Part shown: positions 1 to 10,134 of the stretch, in pieces
Position numbering within the stretch: position 1 is the stretch's first letter
Layout of the letters: each line of letters opens with the position of its first letter
Assembly: GCA_964631685.1 (NCBI GenBank)
Contig: CAZVZU010000001.1
Location: forward strand, 224,001 to 288,000
Length of the DNA: 64,000 nucleotides
From: an uncultured Actinomycetes bacterium
GTDB lineage: Bacteria; SZUA-79; Acidulodesulfobacterales; Acidulodesulfobacteraceae
Direction of reading: 5' to 3'
Made by a program: the position numbers and the translations under genes
The notes under the pieces: model-generated
The model's database searches: none
Seen by the model: only the letters and a program-made list of their open reading frames with translations
What the model was told of the DNA's origin: nothing

Positions 1-14
1 GTAGCGTCACGGCT

Positions 15-1046
15 ATGACTATACCCACTGCGAATCCTGTGGACTCCAAAGGCTCAAATTTAATTGGCACGAACGAATCCTCATTGTCCATATCCAAGCT
101 GAGTAACGGACAAGATCTGAATATACTTTCAATAGATTCTATCCCTGCAGCACTCAGCAATAGTGTTGCAATAAGCAATTTTGTGTCGTATATGTTTTAT
201 TTTTTGTTTTCATTAGGGGTAGTATTGTCTTTTTTTGAAGGTTACAGAGCGGAGTTGACAGATAAATCATTCAGTTATTACGGCTTGTTTTTAAAAATAG
301 GTCTCATTTCTATAGCTTTTTTGTCTTGGAAACAGATAGGTTTTTCCAATTTTGCACAAATCATACTAACTTTTGCAGATAGAATTCAGATCTATCTTAT
401 AAAACAAAATATCTACGGTATCGGCAAATCGGTCTCTCAGATAGTTTCATCTGTTTCCGGAAGCCTTCATAGCGTATCTATCCCTACCATATCTTCCAAT
501 GGAACTGCATCTATTGAAGGTAGCTGGAATTTAAATCCGGTTTCATGGTTAGCGGGTGCCGTACACATAATAACGGGAACGATACTTATGGGAATGTTAT
601 GGTTTTTATTTAATCTGCTGTATTTAATTATTCAATTATTCATGGCATTAATCCAGTTAGTAATCCTAGGGTTGTTGTTCGCAATTTGCCCAATTATACT
701 TGGACTAGAGGCTATACCCTATATGAGAGGTGTATTCGGAAAATGGATGAAAATGTTTATCGAAGTCTCTTTTTGGGGAGCAATGGTAGCGTTGGAACAA
801 CTTATATTTTTTACTATCCTTGGCAAAATCACGTCGATTAATATTCCGTCATCCGAAACTGGCATAGGCAACATATTAGGAATCTTTACATTTGTGGAAG
901 CCGTAACTATTTTTATTGTAATGATCGCAATTAATGTGACCGTTCCCTACCTGGCGGGGAAATTGTTCGATGGCATAAGCGACGACGCTCATCGAAAAAT
1001 TCAATATATATCCGGCTTTATCAAGGACACTGCAAGTAGGTTGTAA
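15..1046 (+). CDS. VirB6/TrbL-like multi-pass membrane protein of a conjugative T4SS (may start upstream of the window)
   Basis: Several hydrophobic segments, with ICPIILGL..IP...FGKWMK typical of the VirB6/TrbL core; first gene of a T4SS-like run; frame is open back to the window edge. Confidence 0.65.
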   Translation: MTIPTANPVDSKGSNLIGTNESSLSISKLSNGQDLNILSIDSIPAALSNSVAISNFVSYMFYFLFSLGVVLSFFEGYRAELTDKSFSYYGLFLKIGLISIAFLSWKQIGFSNFAQIILTFADRIQIYLIKQNIYGIGKSVSQIVSSVSGSLHSVSIPTISSNGTASIEGSWNLNPVSWLAGAVHIITGTILMGMLWFLFNLLYLIIQLFMALIQLVILGLLFAICPIILGLEAIPYMRGVFGKWMKMFIEVSFWGAMVALEQLIFFTILGKITSINIPSSETGIGNILGIFTFVEAVTIFIVMIAINVTVPYLAGKLFDGISDDAHRKIQYISGFIKDTASRL

Positions 1047-1094
1047 AAATGGATTTATAAATTTCAAAGCTGTTTAATATGATCAATAAGTTAT

Positions 1095-1757
1095 ATGAGA
1101 AATCTTTTAAATTCAAAAGATAGCGTTAAAAAAAGAAACGGCAGGCTTTTTTATGAAATATGGGGAGACCTAGAATCTCAAAATGCCACACTTAAGGTCA
1201 TAATTATAATAATGTCCTTGATCCTTATAGTTGCACTCTTTACATCGTTTTACACTTATAAAATAAACAGGGTCCCGATAGTGATAAGGGTTAATAATGC
1301 GGGCAATGCAGAGGTATTAAGAAATTTGCCATTCAATAATAGGGTAGGCATGGGTGAAATAATTTATTTTTCAAAAACATTCGTCAGGGAATTCACAGGC
1401 TTTAATTCAATAATGATAAAAACCGAGCTCTCAAGGGCGTTAAATAAGATGTCATATAGTTATGGAGAAAAAACACTCGTCATGATAGTGAAGAATAAAT
1501 TTGTTCAAAAAATGGAAAAGGCAAACATAACCTCAATAATTAAGTTTAAAAGAATAAAATTAATAAGACAAACAACAAACCATGATGAGCTAAATATATA
1601 TATCGTCAGAACTGTCATTTCTAATTCCAATTCACACGTAAAAAATAGTGTAGCTTACGAGGATAAATTAATATTAAAAAGAATAAAAAGAAGCCTTCAG
1701 TATCCATTTGGACTGGAGGTCGTTTATTTTAACAGCTTAAAACTCGGAGGAGTGTAG
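1095..1757 (+). CDS. VirB8/TrbF/TraK-like T4SS protein
   Basis: Single N-terminal TM, then PIVIRVNNAG; C-terminal R....YPFGLEV matches the VirB8 NP.GL motif. Confidence 0.75.
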   Translation: MRNLLNSKDSVKKRNGRLFYEIWGDLESQNATLKVIIIIMSLILIVALFTSFYTYKINRVPIVIRVNNAGNAEVLRNLPFNNRVGMGEIIYFSKTFVREFTGFNSIMIKTELSRALNKMSYSYGEKTLVMIVKNKFVQKMEKANITSIIKFKRIKLIRQTTNHDELNIYIVRTVISNSNSHVKNSVAYEDKLILKRIKRSLQYPFGLEVVYFNSLKLGGV

Positions 1758-2962
1758 TGGTATGGGTAGATAACGACAACCCTCATGTCGTTAAAGAAGA
1801 GGATATGGAATATATTGATCATGGCGAGAAGGATAAGAATGCAGATCACGACGCTTATAACGCGGACCGTATCAAAAAGGATCACTTTTTCGGCAAGAGC
1901 TTTATAAATTTTTTCCGGGTTCTTCTAATTATTATAGCCTTTTTGATAGCCGCAATTTTAACATTGAAATTTATATTTTTCCGTACAATGAGCGCTAAAA
2001 ACAGTAATAACAAAATGCAAAATATTAAATCAATTAGAGATGTTACCATAAAAGACAATAAGAGATTTTCTCCATCTGTTTTTGATTACATAAGTAAAAA
2101 TAAAAACTCAGAACTTAAAAAAAAATTCAATGAAGGGACAAGTAGGGCAAATAAAGTTGATCACGGTAAAAATTCACACAACGATTATCGCGGTACATCT
2201 CATGAGTACGGCAATATATCAAGACAAATACCTTCAAAAATGATTGTGTTTCTTGAGACAAGCTATAAAAAAACAATTTTAAAAATAGAAAGAGGGGAAA
2301 CAAATAAAACCAGTACCGGTAAAACTATTCGCAATCTCACAGTAACCGGCTTAAGGCGATCGGCATTTAACAATATTGTTATTCCGGATGGAACGGTTGT
2401 TAACGCTTACACAAAGTACAAAATATTTTCCTACGATACTGGGGTTCCTATCATAGCAATATTGTTAAATAATTTTACTTATCTAGGAAAAGTAACTTTA
2501 AAAAAGGGGGATAAATTTTTTGGTACCGTAAGCGTTAAGCATTCTTTGAATAGGTTAAACATATCATTTGACAAAATTATTAAAACCAATGGCCATTCAA
2601 TTAATATAAAAGCAATCGCAATGATGCCCGATGGTTCCGGAGGTATAAAGGGTAATGTGCATTATCCTTACAATATCGGCAGTGCCATAATGTCTTTAGC
2701 TCGGGGTATTATAGGCGCGACTTCTATTTTTATAGGCGGCGGTTCAGGAACTAATTCTTCAAAACCCTATACATTTCAAAATCAGATAAGAGAAAATGTT
2801 GCCAGTAACGAACTTAATCAGGCAGAAAACGGTATTAATAGTTACGATAGCTCATATAGAAACATGGCAAGTATAACGCTCCCAAAGAATACGCCTATAA
2901 AGATTATGTTTCTAAAGCCATTGTACAAAAAAACAGATGAAAAAAATAGAGCATTCCATTAA
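1757..2962 (+). CDS. VirB10/TrbI/TraM-like T4SS core protein
   Basis: TM anchor, low-complexity linker, C-terminal IPDGTVV...RLNISFDKII...DGSGGIKG typical of the TrbI/VirB10 domain. Confidence 0.75.
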   Translation: MVWVDNDNPHVVKEEDMEYIDHGEKDKNADHDAYNADRIKKDHFFGKSFINFFRVLLIIIAFLIAAILTLKFIFFRTMSAKNSNNKMQNIKSIRDVTIKDNKRFSPSVFDYISKNKNSELKKKFNEGTSRANKVDHGKNSHNDYRGTSHEYGNISRQIPSKMIVFLETSYKKTILKIERGETNKTSTGKTIRNLTVTGLRRSAFNNIVIPDGTVVNAYTKYKIFSYDTGVPIIAILLNNFTYLGKVTLKKGDKFFGTVSVKHSLNRLNISFDKIIKTNGHSINIKAIAMMPDGSGGIKGNVHYPYNIGSAIMSLARGIIGATSIFIGGGSGTNSSKPYTFQNQIRENVASNELNQAENGINSYDSSYRNMASITLPKNTPIKIMFLKPLYKKTDEKNRAFH

Positions 2963-3827
2963 AACACTTTGCGACGTTAAGCAATGCTTAAATTCTCAAT
3001 TCATAGAGAGGGATGACGCAGTGCATATCATTGTAATTGCCATATTATCCAAAAAACATGCGATATTAATCGGGGAACCTGGCCTTGCAAAAACAGCAAT
3101 ATTAAAGGCCTTGATTAAACATATAAGCGGTTTTAAATTGTTCGATTTCCAGATGACCCCGGGGACTAATATAAACGAACTCATGTCTGAACACACCAGT
3201 AATAAAATGGGTATTGACAACTGTGACATAGCGATTATAGATGAATTTTTTAAAGGACCGCATAGTACCCTAAACTCGTTGCTCGCAATTATGAACGAAA
3301 GGGTGATATATACCCCTGAACCCCGTAAAATTCCGTTATTAAGCCTTTTTGCCACATCTAATGAAAAACCTGATAAATCGTCTGATTTAAATCTATTACC
3401 TCTTTATGACAGATTTTTGTTCCGCAAAGAAATATTGCCAATAAGTGATAAGGATAATTTTAAAAAACTTCTACAAACAAACGATGAATATAATTTTAGA
3501 AATATAAGCTTAAGCGCAGAGGACGTGAATATCCTAATACAAAATTACAAAGATGTACATATTCCAAATGATATTTTTGATGTTTTATATTCCATAAGAG
3601 AGGGATTAAAGAATAAGCAGGTTTCTGTATCGGATAGGCGATGGAAAGAAATAATAACAATAATAAAGGTTAACGCTTTCATAAACAAAAGAAATTGTGT
3701 CTTGCCGGTAGATATTAAAGCGCTTGAATCTTCCTTATGGACTTTTTATTCCGATATTAGAGCGGTGAGAAATATTGTAAATAGAGAGCTAGTTAAATAT
3801 AGTACGCAATCTTGTCTAAAAACATAA
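2937..3827 (+). CDS. RavA/MoxR-family AAA+ ATPase
   Basis: Walker A GEPGLAKT, Walker B IIDEFFK, LNSLLAIMNER, SNE, LYDRF and SDRRW motifs of RavA-like proteins. Confidence 0.85.
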   Translation: MKKIEHSIKTLCDVKQCLNSQFIERDDAVHIIVIAILSKKHAILIGEPGLAKTAILKALIKHISGFKLFDFQMTPGTNINELMSEHTSNKMGIDNCDIAIIDEFFKGPHSTLNSLLAIMNERVIYTPEPRKIPLLSLFATSNEKPDKSSDLNLLPLYDRFLFRKEILPISDKDNFKKLLQTNDEYNFRNISLSAEDVNILIQNYKDVHIPNDIFDVLYSIREGLKNKQVSVSDRRWKEIITIIKVNAFINKRNCVLPVDIKALESSLWTFYSDIRAVRNIVNRELVKYSTQSCLKT

Positions 3828-3860
3828 ATAGATCAATATTGAACGGGAGAATGTAACATT

Positions 3861-5660
3861 TTGAGAAAAAATAATTACAGTATTGTTGTAAAGCTGTGCG
3901 TATCAATTTCATTGTTTGGTGCAGAGTTGGTTTATATCTTTATTGTATCAAGTTATTTTTCAGACAAAAATACAAAGTATTACTTTAATTATTTCAATGG
4001 CGTTCGGCTATTTTTTATTTTAGCGCCAATAGCAACATGGTTCATTTCTGCCTATACATTTTCCAATATGTTGTATAACAGGTATTTATATTTTAAGCCG
4101 GATAACAAGGATAGAATTTTTAATTTTAGAAAATTTACAAAGAAATCATGGATGATCTGGCCAAAGAATGACGATTTTAAACTTGTCATAGGCGAGATTC
4201 ATGACAGAGACGGCAAGAGGAAAGAAAAGCCGGAATGGCTGATTATGGACAAAAAGGGTCTCTATACAGGACTGATGATTTTTGGGGCGACGGGAACAGG
4301 TAAAACAAGCGCATGCGCATATCCTTTTTTTGACCAATTGGTAAATTGCAAAAAGGAGATACAAGATGAACGTATCGGAGGACTGATACTTGATATAAAA
4401 GGAGATTTCTGGAAAGAGTCAGTAAGAATACTTGAACGAAATGGAAGGAAAAATGACATCATCATAATAGAACCCGATTCCGATTGCTATTACAATCCTA
4501 TCCATCATCCAAATTTGGATTCGAAGATTATTGCCGAAAGATTATACTCGGTTTTAGAAAATATGAATTCAAACGACGGGAGACAAGATAGTTACTGGAA
4601 GGATAAATCCATAAATCTTATTTCCAATGCCATTAGTTTGATTAGGTCATGTATGGGTTATGTAACGCTTAGCGATGTTTATGAAATTATATCAGATGAA
4701 TCAGAATTGAAAGAGATGCTTGCATATACGGAAAATATATTGCAAACAAAAGAAAAATCTCCGCTGAACAGAGAGCATTCCATAGATTTAGAAGAAATAA
4801 GGCTTAATTTGTCTTATTTTACCGGAGGAGATTTTGCAGGGTTAGATGAGAGGGTCAAATCTATAATCAAAAGTGAATCAATGAGGGTTTGTTCCGATTT
4901 TATTAAGCCTGCATATAAAAGAACATTTTGCTCGCCTAGAAAGAAATTAAATTTTCCAGGTTTTCAAGATGTGATAAATAATGGAACAATAGTTATACTA
5001 AGAATGCCTGAATCTAAATATGGCATAACGGCCAAAATTATAGGCATTATGCTTAAACTCGATTATTTTAGAACAGTTCTCAATAGGGTTTACACCGCGG
5101 CCATAGACCGCAGTGTAAATGTTAAAAGACCTGTAGTTTTCATATGCGACGAATACCAAAATTATGTGACCTCCGGCGATATTGAATCAGATGCTGAATT
5201 TTTTGCAAGATGCAGACAGTCAAAGGCTATAAATATACTTCTCACGCAAAGTTATAGTTCTTTAAAGTTAAAGTTAGGGTCTGAAGAAAAGCTCAATTCA
5301 TTGCTCGGCAATATGAGATCTTCTATATGGCTTTCATTGGGCGACGATTATTCAAGAGAAAAAGCTTCAAAAATTTGCGATAAAGAATATAAGGTAAAAA
5401 TAACGGAAAATATAACGGAACAAGATGACGGGACAAGATTTAACCATTATATCGGAGGGCTCTTGTCGGACGATAACACTATATCTCAAGGAACGACAAA
5501 AACATATGAAAAAATCATGTCTTTCGATACGGATGAATTCGCCAACTTAAAACTGAATCAGGCAATTTACAGAATATGCTCAGGCGATAAGATAAACGGT
5601 CCAGGCATTGTTTATCTCCATCCTATTTATAAATCAAGGCTTAGTGGTTACTTTGATTAA
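3861..5660 (+). CDS. VirD4/TraD-like type IV coupling protein
   Basis: Two N-terminal TMs, Walker A GATGTGKT, LDIKGD, YNP, Walker B FICDEYQ, LTQS. Confidence 0.85.
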   Translation: MRKNNYSIVVKLCVSISLFGAELVYIFIVSSYFSDKNTKYYFNYFNGVRLFFILAPIATWFISAYTFSNMLYNRYLYFKPDNKDRIFNFRKFTKKSWMIWPKNDDFKLVIGEIHDRDGKRKEKPEWLIMDKKGLYTGLMIFGATGTGKTSACAYPFFDQLVNCKKEIQDERIGGLILDIKGDFWKESVRILERNGRKNDIIIIEPDSDCYYNPIHHPNLDSKIIAERLYSVLENMNSNDGRQDSYWKDKSINLISNAISLIRSCMGYVTLSDVYEIISDESELKEMLAYTENILQTKEKSPLNREHSIDLEEIRLNLSYFTGGDFAGLDERVKSIIKSESMRVCSDFIKPAYKRTFCSPRKKLNFPGFQDVINNGTIVILRMPESKYGITAKIIGIMLKLDYFRTVLNRVYTAAIDRSVNVKRPVVFICDEYQNYVTSGDIESDAEFFARCRQSKAINILLTQSYSSLKLKLGSEEKLNSLLGNMRSSIWLSLGDDYSREKASKICDKEYKVKITENITEQDDGTRFNHYIGGLLSDDNTISQGTTKTYEKIMSFDTDEFANLKLNQAIYRICSGDKINGPGIVYLHPIYKSRLSGYFD

Positions 5661-5672
5661 TTTTTAGAAAAA

Positions 5673-6020
5673 ATGGAGGATATGAAAAATATGAATAATT
5701 ATCGAAACGGTCATGATTATGAATTCGATATCGTTGAAATAATATTTCTTGTTTTTAGCGGATTATTTATCCTTTTTTATTTTACAAACCATAACTTTAA
5801 ATATTTTATCAATTCCTTTTATATGTTTATTGATTATTCTTTAAAAAATTATCCGATTGTCATAATACTCTATGTCGCAAATATCTTCTTATTTTTTATC
5901 TGTTTGCATAGTTTATATATACGCATTTTTGAAACAAGATTAACCGGTTCTAAGCTTAAGATGCACAATAAACTTGAGAGACAAAAAGAAACGGAAATAA
6001 ACGGTAAAGCGGGGGATTAA
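5673..6020 (+). CDS. Small two-TM hypothetical protein in the T4SS cluster
   Basis: ORF with two hydrophobic segments packed between T4SS genes. Confidence 0.55.
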   Translation: MEDMKNMNNYRNGHDYEFDIVEIIFLVFSGLFILFYFTNHNFKYFINSFYMFIDYSLKNYPIVIILYVANIFLFFICLHSLYIRIFETRLTGSKLKMHNKLERQKETEINGKAGD

Positions 6021-6026
6021 ATAGGC

Positions 6027-6986
6027 ATGCCAAGAACAATAAGGATTGTAGCCGTATTTTTTTTATTATTTTTGAACTTAAATTATTTTACTTGTATGGT
6101 TAGGGCAGTAAATGCCTTAAACTATTCTAGTGTTAAAAAATACAGTTTTAAAAATGGAATCGTAGTGCATAAGCTGGAAATAAAATCCGGAATTGTATAC
6201 AAATTAAATACCGCATTGGGGTATGTAAGTGTAATCACATTACCGACAATCCCCTTGGATGTTGCAGTCGGGGATAGCTCCGCATTTTCAGAACAAGTTG
6301 TTGGCAAACAAATATTCATTAAACCGATAACATATAACATCAAAGCAACAAGTAATCTCGAAATTTTTACCAAATTTGGACTTATAAATATCCTCCTTAG
6401 GATAAAAAACGCTAAGCTTGTGACATACAATCTGAACCTCGCAAATACATTAAGGAATGTATTCGTGAAAAATTATATAAAAAACAGAATAGATCGCCTA
6501 AAGACCAAACTATTTCGAGAATACAACAATAAATTGGCATTGCTGAAGAAGAGAAACTTACGTATTGAAAAAGAAAAACAAGATGTTGTAAATTTAATAC
6601 TTTTAATAAATAAGCATAAAATAAACAAAACATATAGAAAAAACGGTCTGGCACTGACTGTTGTCTCTATAAGCCGCATTAAAACATTTTATTATTTAAG
6701 GTATACGATAACCAACAACAATAATATACCGTTTTTTGTCAGAAATGTATATCTATACAAAGAAACTGGCGGCAGTTTTTTAAACGGTTACAACCCTGAT
6801 TCAATACGGGAAATTTACTTAATAAACCACACGCCACATAATGTTAAGTACATGTCTTACAAAATAGTAAAAAATGTAATGATTTTTAAAGAACCAAAAC
6901 TTGGAGCGGGAGATAATCTTAAACTATCTGTCCATTTGCTTCTTAATGGAAAATTAATCAGATTAAGGGTTGATAAAATATTATAA
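6027..6986 (+). CDS. VirB9/TrbG/TraN-like T4SS protein
   Basis: Signal peptide; VYKLNTALGYVSVITLP..VAVGDS..IFIKP..SNLEIFT resembles the VirB9/CagX N-terminal domain. Confidence 0.7.
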   Translation: MPRTIRIVAVFFLLFLNLNYFTCMVRAVNALNYSSVKKYSFKNGIVVHKLEIKSGIVYKLNTALGYVSVITLPTIPLDVAVGDSSAFSEQVVGKQIFIKPITYNIKATSNLEIFTKFGLINILLRIKNAKLVTYNLNLANTLRNVFVKNYIKNRIDRLKTKLFREYNNKLALLKKRNLRIEKEKQDVVNLILLINKHKINKTYRKNGLALTVVSISRIKTFYYLRYTITNNNNIPFFVRNVYLYKETGGSFLNGYNPDSIREIYLINHTPHNVKYMSYKIVKNVMIFKEPKLGAGDNLKLSVHLLLNGKLIRLRVDKIL

Positions 6987-7011
6987 TAAATAATAAATTA
7001 ATGGTCTATAT

Positions 7012-7680
7012 ATGAATAAATTTAAATATATATCAATATGTTTTGTAAGTATTATATCAATTTTATCTATGTTGTCAGGATGCGCATCAAATACTCCATT
7101 GTTGCGCCGGAGCGAAACTAATCTGTTTTTAAGCAACAATAAATCCATAAATAAAGTTGATAAATTAAAAACAAGGGTATTAGAAATTTCCATGAGGCTT
7201 AATAGTGTCCCCAATCAAACAATCAACAGACTACTATTAAAAGCCGCTGATAAAATAAAAAGAGAAATAGAGCATCATCTTAATCCTTATCCTATTGATC
7301 ATAGATCAAAATCACTGGTTGGAAATAATTATGCAATTCCAATAAATAAAACGATCAAGGGCGCAAATGAAAAATTTGAGCTAAAAATAAAATCTATAAA
7401 TATAGAAAAGATATTTTGTGTGATTGATTTTTCCATTGAAAATTTATCTGCATACGATGTAGCGTACCATCTTATATTGACTAATAGGCTAAACGACAAA
7501 AAGAAACTCACGCCTTTTAAATCCAATCTAAATGGGGAAAATTATTCAAAACTCAATTCGTTGACCCGGATTGATGGGAGCATAATATTCTTAATGATGA
7601 AAGATTTATCCGGCATGAGATTTATTGTGTCCATAAAAACCCGCAAAAATAAGCTGTATAGACTAATGTATAATTTTTAA
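7012..7680 (+). CDS. Putative lipoprotein, T4SS-associated
   Basis: Lipobox LSGC after a hydrophobic leader. Confidence 0.55.
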   Translation: MNKFKYISICFVSIISILSMLSGCASNTPLLRRSETNLFLSNNKSINKVDKLKTRVLEISMRLNSVPNQTINRLLLKAADKIKREIEHHLNPYPIDHRSKSLVGNNYAIPINKTIKGANEKFELKIKSINIEKIFCVIDFSIENLSAYDVAYHLILTNRLNDKKKLTPFKSNLNGENYSKLNSLTRIDGSIIFLMMKDLSGMRFIVSIKTRKNKLYRLMYNF

Positions 7681-7738
7681 AAAACAAACCCGGCACGGCA
7701 ATATATTATAACTCCAACCTATCAGAATTATATAAAAT

Positions 7739-7767
7739 TTGACAAAATTTGACTATTTTATTAAAAT
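7739..7767 (+). promoter_or_regulatory. Sigma70-type promoter
   Basis: TTGACA-17 nt-TAAAAT upstream of ORF 7826. Confidence 0.55.
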
Positions 7768-7825
7768 CTACTGAATAATGATTAATTTATCTTCATTGAA
7801 CTGTCAATAGAGAGGTTAAAGACAT

Positions 7826-8572
7826 ATGAATATTGATAAAAAAAGGAGTTTGGCATCCTTGTTTATACTTACAGCGATTGTACTTGGTGTTTTGTTTTTT
7901 AATCCTATCCTAATCAAAGGGGCTTTTGCCTCTTCTTACAATAGGGTTTGTAGCGGCGTTTATGCATCTAATCCTATTATTTACGGATTATATTTAAAGG
8001 CTAGGAATAAACCTATCAGTAAGAGTGACATCAAGACATATATAAAAATTGTAGATCCTGCCCTATACATGCACGATAGACACAATCCGTTCTTATGGCA
8101 TAAACTATATTTTAAGGATAAGGCAAAGCTTAGTAAACTTATGAATTTTATAGACTCCGTTAAATACTTTAAGGAAAATATAAGGGCAAGTATTAGTGAT
8201 TACAACTTTAAAAAATATGGATTTTATCTGACGTATCACATGTCGGATAGGGTTATAGAAAATGGTATGCAAACTTATAGGGACATTAATTTTGTTAAGG
8301 TTATACACGGCAATATCTACTATTTATTTCATAACTTAACTATTGTCCATAAAAATGCCGGAAATCTAAACTTTCTTGAGATACCGGAAGATAAAGCAGA
8401 AAGCTTCATTAATAAAAGGACAGGGACCTTCGGGGTTATTAGAAAATCAGTATTTTTGGAGTATTATTTCATACCCTTAAAGGCAAAAAATAATATTTTG
8501 ACCGTGAAAGCGGTATGTGTGAAGGTTTATAATAATAAGCATAAGAATTTATTGATTGGGATTATTAAATAG
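7826..8572 (+). CDS. Exported hypothetical protein (possibly DUF4852-like)
   Basis: Signal peptide ending in AFA, RBS GAGG, Lys-rich, contains SDYNFKKYGF. Confidence 0.55.
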   Translation: MNIDKKRSLASLFILTAIVLGVLFFNPILIKGAFASSYNRVCSGVYASNPIIYGLYLKARNKPISKSDIKTYIKIVDPALYMHDRHNPFLWHKLYFKDKAKLSKLMNFIDSVKYFKENIRASISDYNFKKYGFYLTYHMSDRVIENGMQTYRDINFVKVIHGNIYYLFHNLTIVHKNAGNLNFLEIPEDKAESFINKRTGTFGVIRKSVFLEYYFIPLKAKNNILTVKAVCVKVYNNKHKNLLIGIIK

Positions 8573-8580
8573 GTTATAAT
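8552..8580 (+). promoter_or_regulatory. Sigma70-type promoter of the thiamine operon
   Basis: TTGATT-17 nt-TATAAT immediately upstream of the TPP aptamer. Confidence 0.6.
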
Positions 8581-8595
8581 AATTAAGATTCATAT

Positions 8596-8697
8596 TGAGT
8601 AGGGGTGCCATAGATAGCTTGGCTGAGAGTAAGTTGTATTAATTTAGACTTGCAACCCTTTGAACCTGAATACGGGTAATGCCGGCGTAGGGAAGTG
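8596..8697 (+). ncRNA. TPP (THI-box) riboswitch
   Basis: AGGGGTGC...GCTGAGA...ACCC.TTGAACCTG...GGGTAATGCCGGCGTAGGGAA matches the TPP aptamer consensus; upstream of thiS/thiG; a possible anti-aptamer CTTCCTCTACT lies near 8760-8770. Confidence 0.92.
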
Positions 8698-8804
8698 TAT
8701 ATAAAGCGTTGCGTTAGTGTATCTACCGCCATTGGTTTGGTTTGTAATTACAGTCTTTCCTTCCTCTACTACCGAGCTGTTCTGTTGGGATATTTTTTAA
8801 ATTT

Positions 8805-9899
8805 ATGACCAGATTAAATTTCATACTTGAGAAGGCGTTATCTTCTGAAAAATTAGACGACAAGGAACTTCTTTGCTTACTGGATGAGAAAGAGGGCGTG
8901 CAAGATATTACCGATGCCGCAGATATAAAAAATCGGGCAATAAATTTTAATAAGGTATCTTATGTCGTTAATAGAAATATTAATTTTACAAATATATGTG
9001 GTTTAAATTGCAAATTTTGCGGATATAAAAGAACCAAGAAGTCTAACGATGCGTTTCTGCTTGATTATGATGAAATAATAGACAAAATCTCAGAGGCTAA
9101 AAATAGCATAGGCATTGACGAAATATGCGTAACCGGTGGAATAAATCCTGAACTGACACCCGATTATTATTTTAATTTGATCAAGATTGTAAGGGACACC
9201 TTTCCGGATATCCATATTCATGCATTTTCTCCTCAAGAGATACTGGAACTTTCTAAAGCCACAAGGGAACCATATAAGGAAATTATCCTTAAACTAGTAG
9301 AATTAGGGTTAAATTCAATGCCTGGAACGGCAGCAGAAATTTTGGCGGAAGAAACAAGGAATAAAATTTGTCCCGAAAAATTAAGTAAAACACAATGGGT
9401 TGAGATTATCATGACCGCACACCGCCTGGGGGTTAAGACCTCAGCAACAATACTTTTCGGACACCTAGAAACAAATGCCGATATCGTTAGCCACTTAAGC
9501 TTAATAAGACAGATTCAAAGTGAAACTGACGGATTTACGGAATTTATTGCATTACCTTTTATCTCAAACAAAACATCTCTCAGGAAAAAGGTTAATTCAA
9601 TGCCTATACAAGAAAAAGTGCTCAAATTTTATGCTATTTTAAGGCTTTATTTAAACAATTTCAAAAATATTCAAACAAGCTGGCCTAAAATAGGCACAGA
9701 TGTAGCATTGAAATCCCTTAAATGCGGGGTTAACGATTTCGGGGGCACATTGATGGAAGAAAATATTACCAAGAGCGCCGGCGGAAACTTTGGAGAATAT
9801 TTATCAGAAGCTACAATAATGGATTTGATAAGTGGGGCAGGGAAGATCCCAATAAGAAGGGATACATTATATAATTACAAAAAGGCTTGTGACTTATGA
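8805..9899 (+). CDS. cofH: CofH-like radical SAM enzyme (CofH/MqnC family, tyrosine-cleaving type)
   Basis: VVNRNINFTNIC..NCKFCGY (CxxxCxxC), HIHAFSPQE, MPGTAAEIL, NIQTSW.K.G, NDFGGTLMEENI. Confidence 0.8.
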   Translation: MTRLNFILEKALSSEKLDDKELLCLLDEKEGVQDITDAADIKNRAINFNKVSYVVNRNINFTNICGLNCKFCGYKRTKKSNDAFLLDYDEIIDKISEAKNSIGIDEICVTGGINPELTPDYYFNLIKIVRDTFPDIHIHAFSPQEILELSKATREPYKEIILKLVELGLNSMPGTAAEILAEETRNKICPEKLSKTQWVEIIMTAHRLGVKTSATILFGHLETNADIVSHLSLIRQIQSETDGFTEFIALPFISNKTSLRKKVNSMPIQEKVLKFYAILRLYLNNFKNIQTSWPKIGTDVALKSLKCGVNDFGGTLMEENITKSAGGNFGEYLSEATIMDLISGAGKIPIRRDTLYNYKKACDL

Positions 9900-10096
9900 A
9901 AATTAACATTAACGACAAAATTTTTGAAGTTCAAAATAAAATTACGATTCATGGTCTAATAAAGGAGCTTAAATTAGACACGAGTAGTACGGCCGTGGCC
10001 GTTAACAAGGTGATAATTTCAAGAAAAAAGTACAACGACCTTACTTTAGAGGAAAGTGATAAGGTCGATTTAGTCACTATTGCACCGGGTGGCTAA
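9896..10096 (+). CDS. thiS: Thiamine biosynthesis sulfur carrier ThiS
   Basis: 66 aa ubiquitin-like protein, AVAVN motif, C-terminal GG, directly before thiG. Confidence 0.92.
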   Translation: MKININDKIFEVQNKITIHGLIKELKLDTSSTAVAVNKVIISRKKYNDLTLEESDKVDLVTIAPGG

Positions 10097-10134
10097 TTTT
10101 TTAATTATCATTATACCAAGGAGGAGGTACATAA

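Noticed and set aside
7681..7825. ICE right attachment site
   Set aside because: Only an AAATTTGAC tandem overlapping a promoter; no tRNA fragment or partner repeat seen in the window
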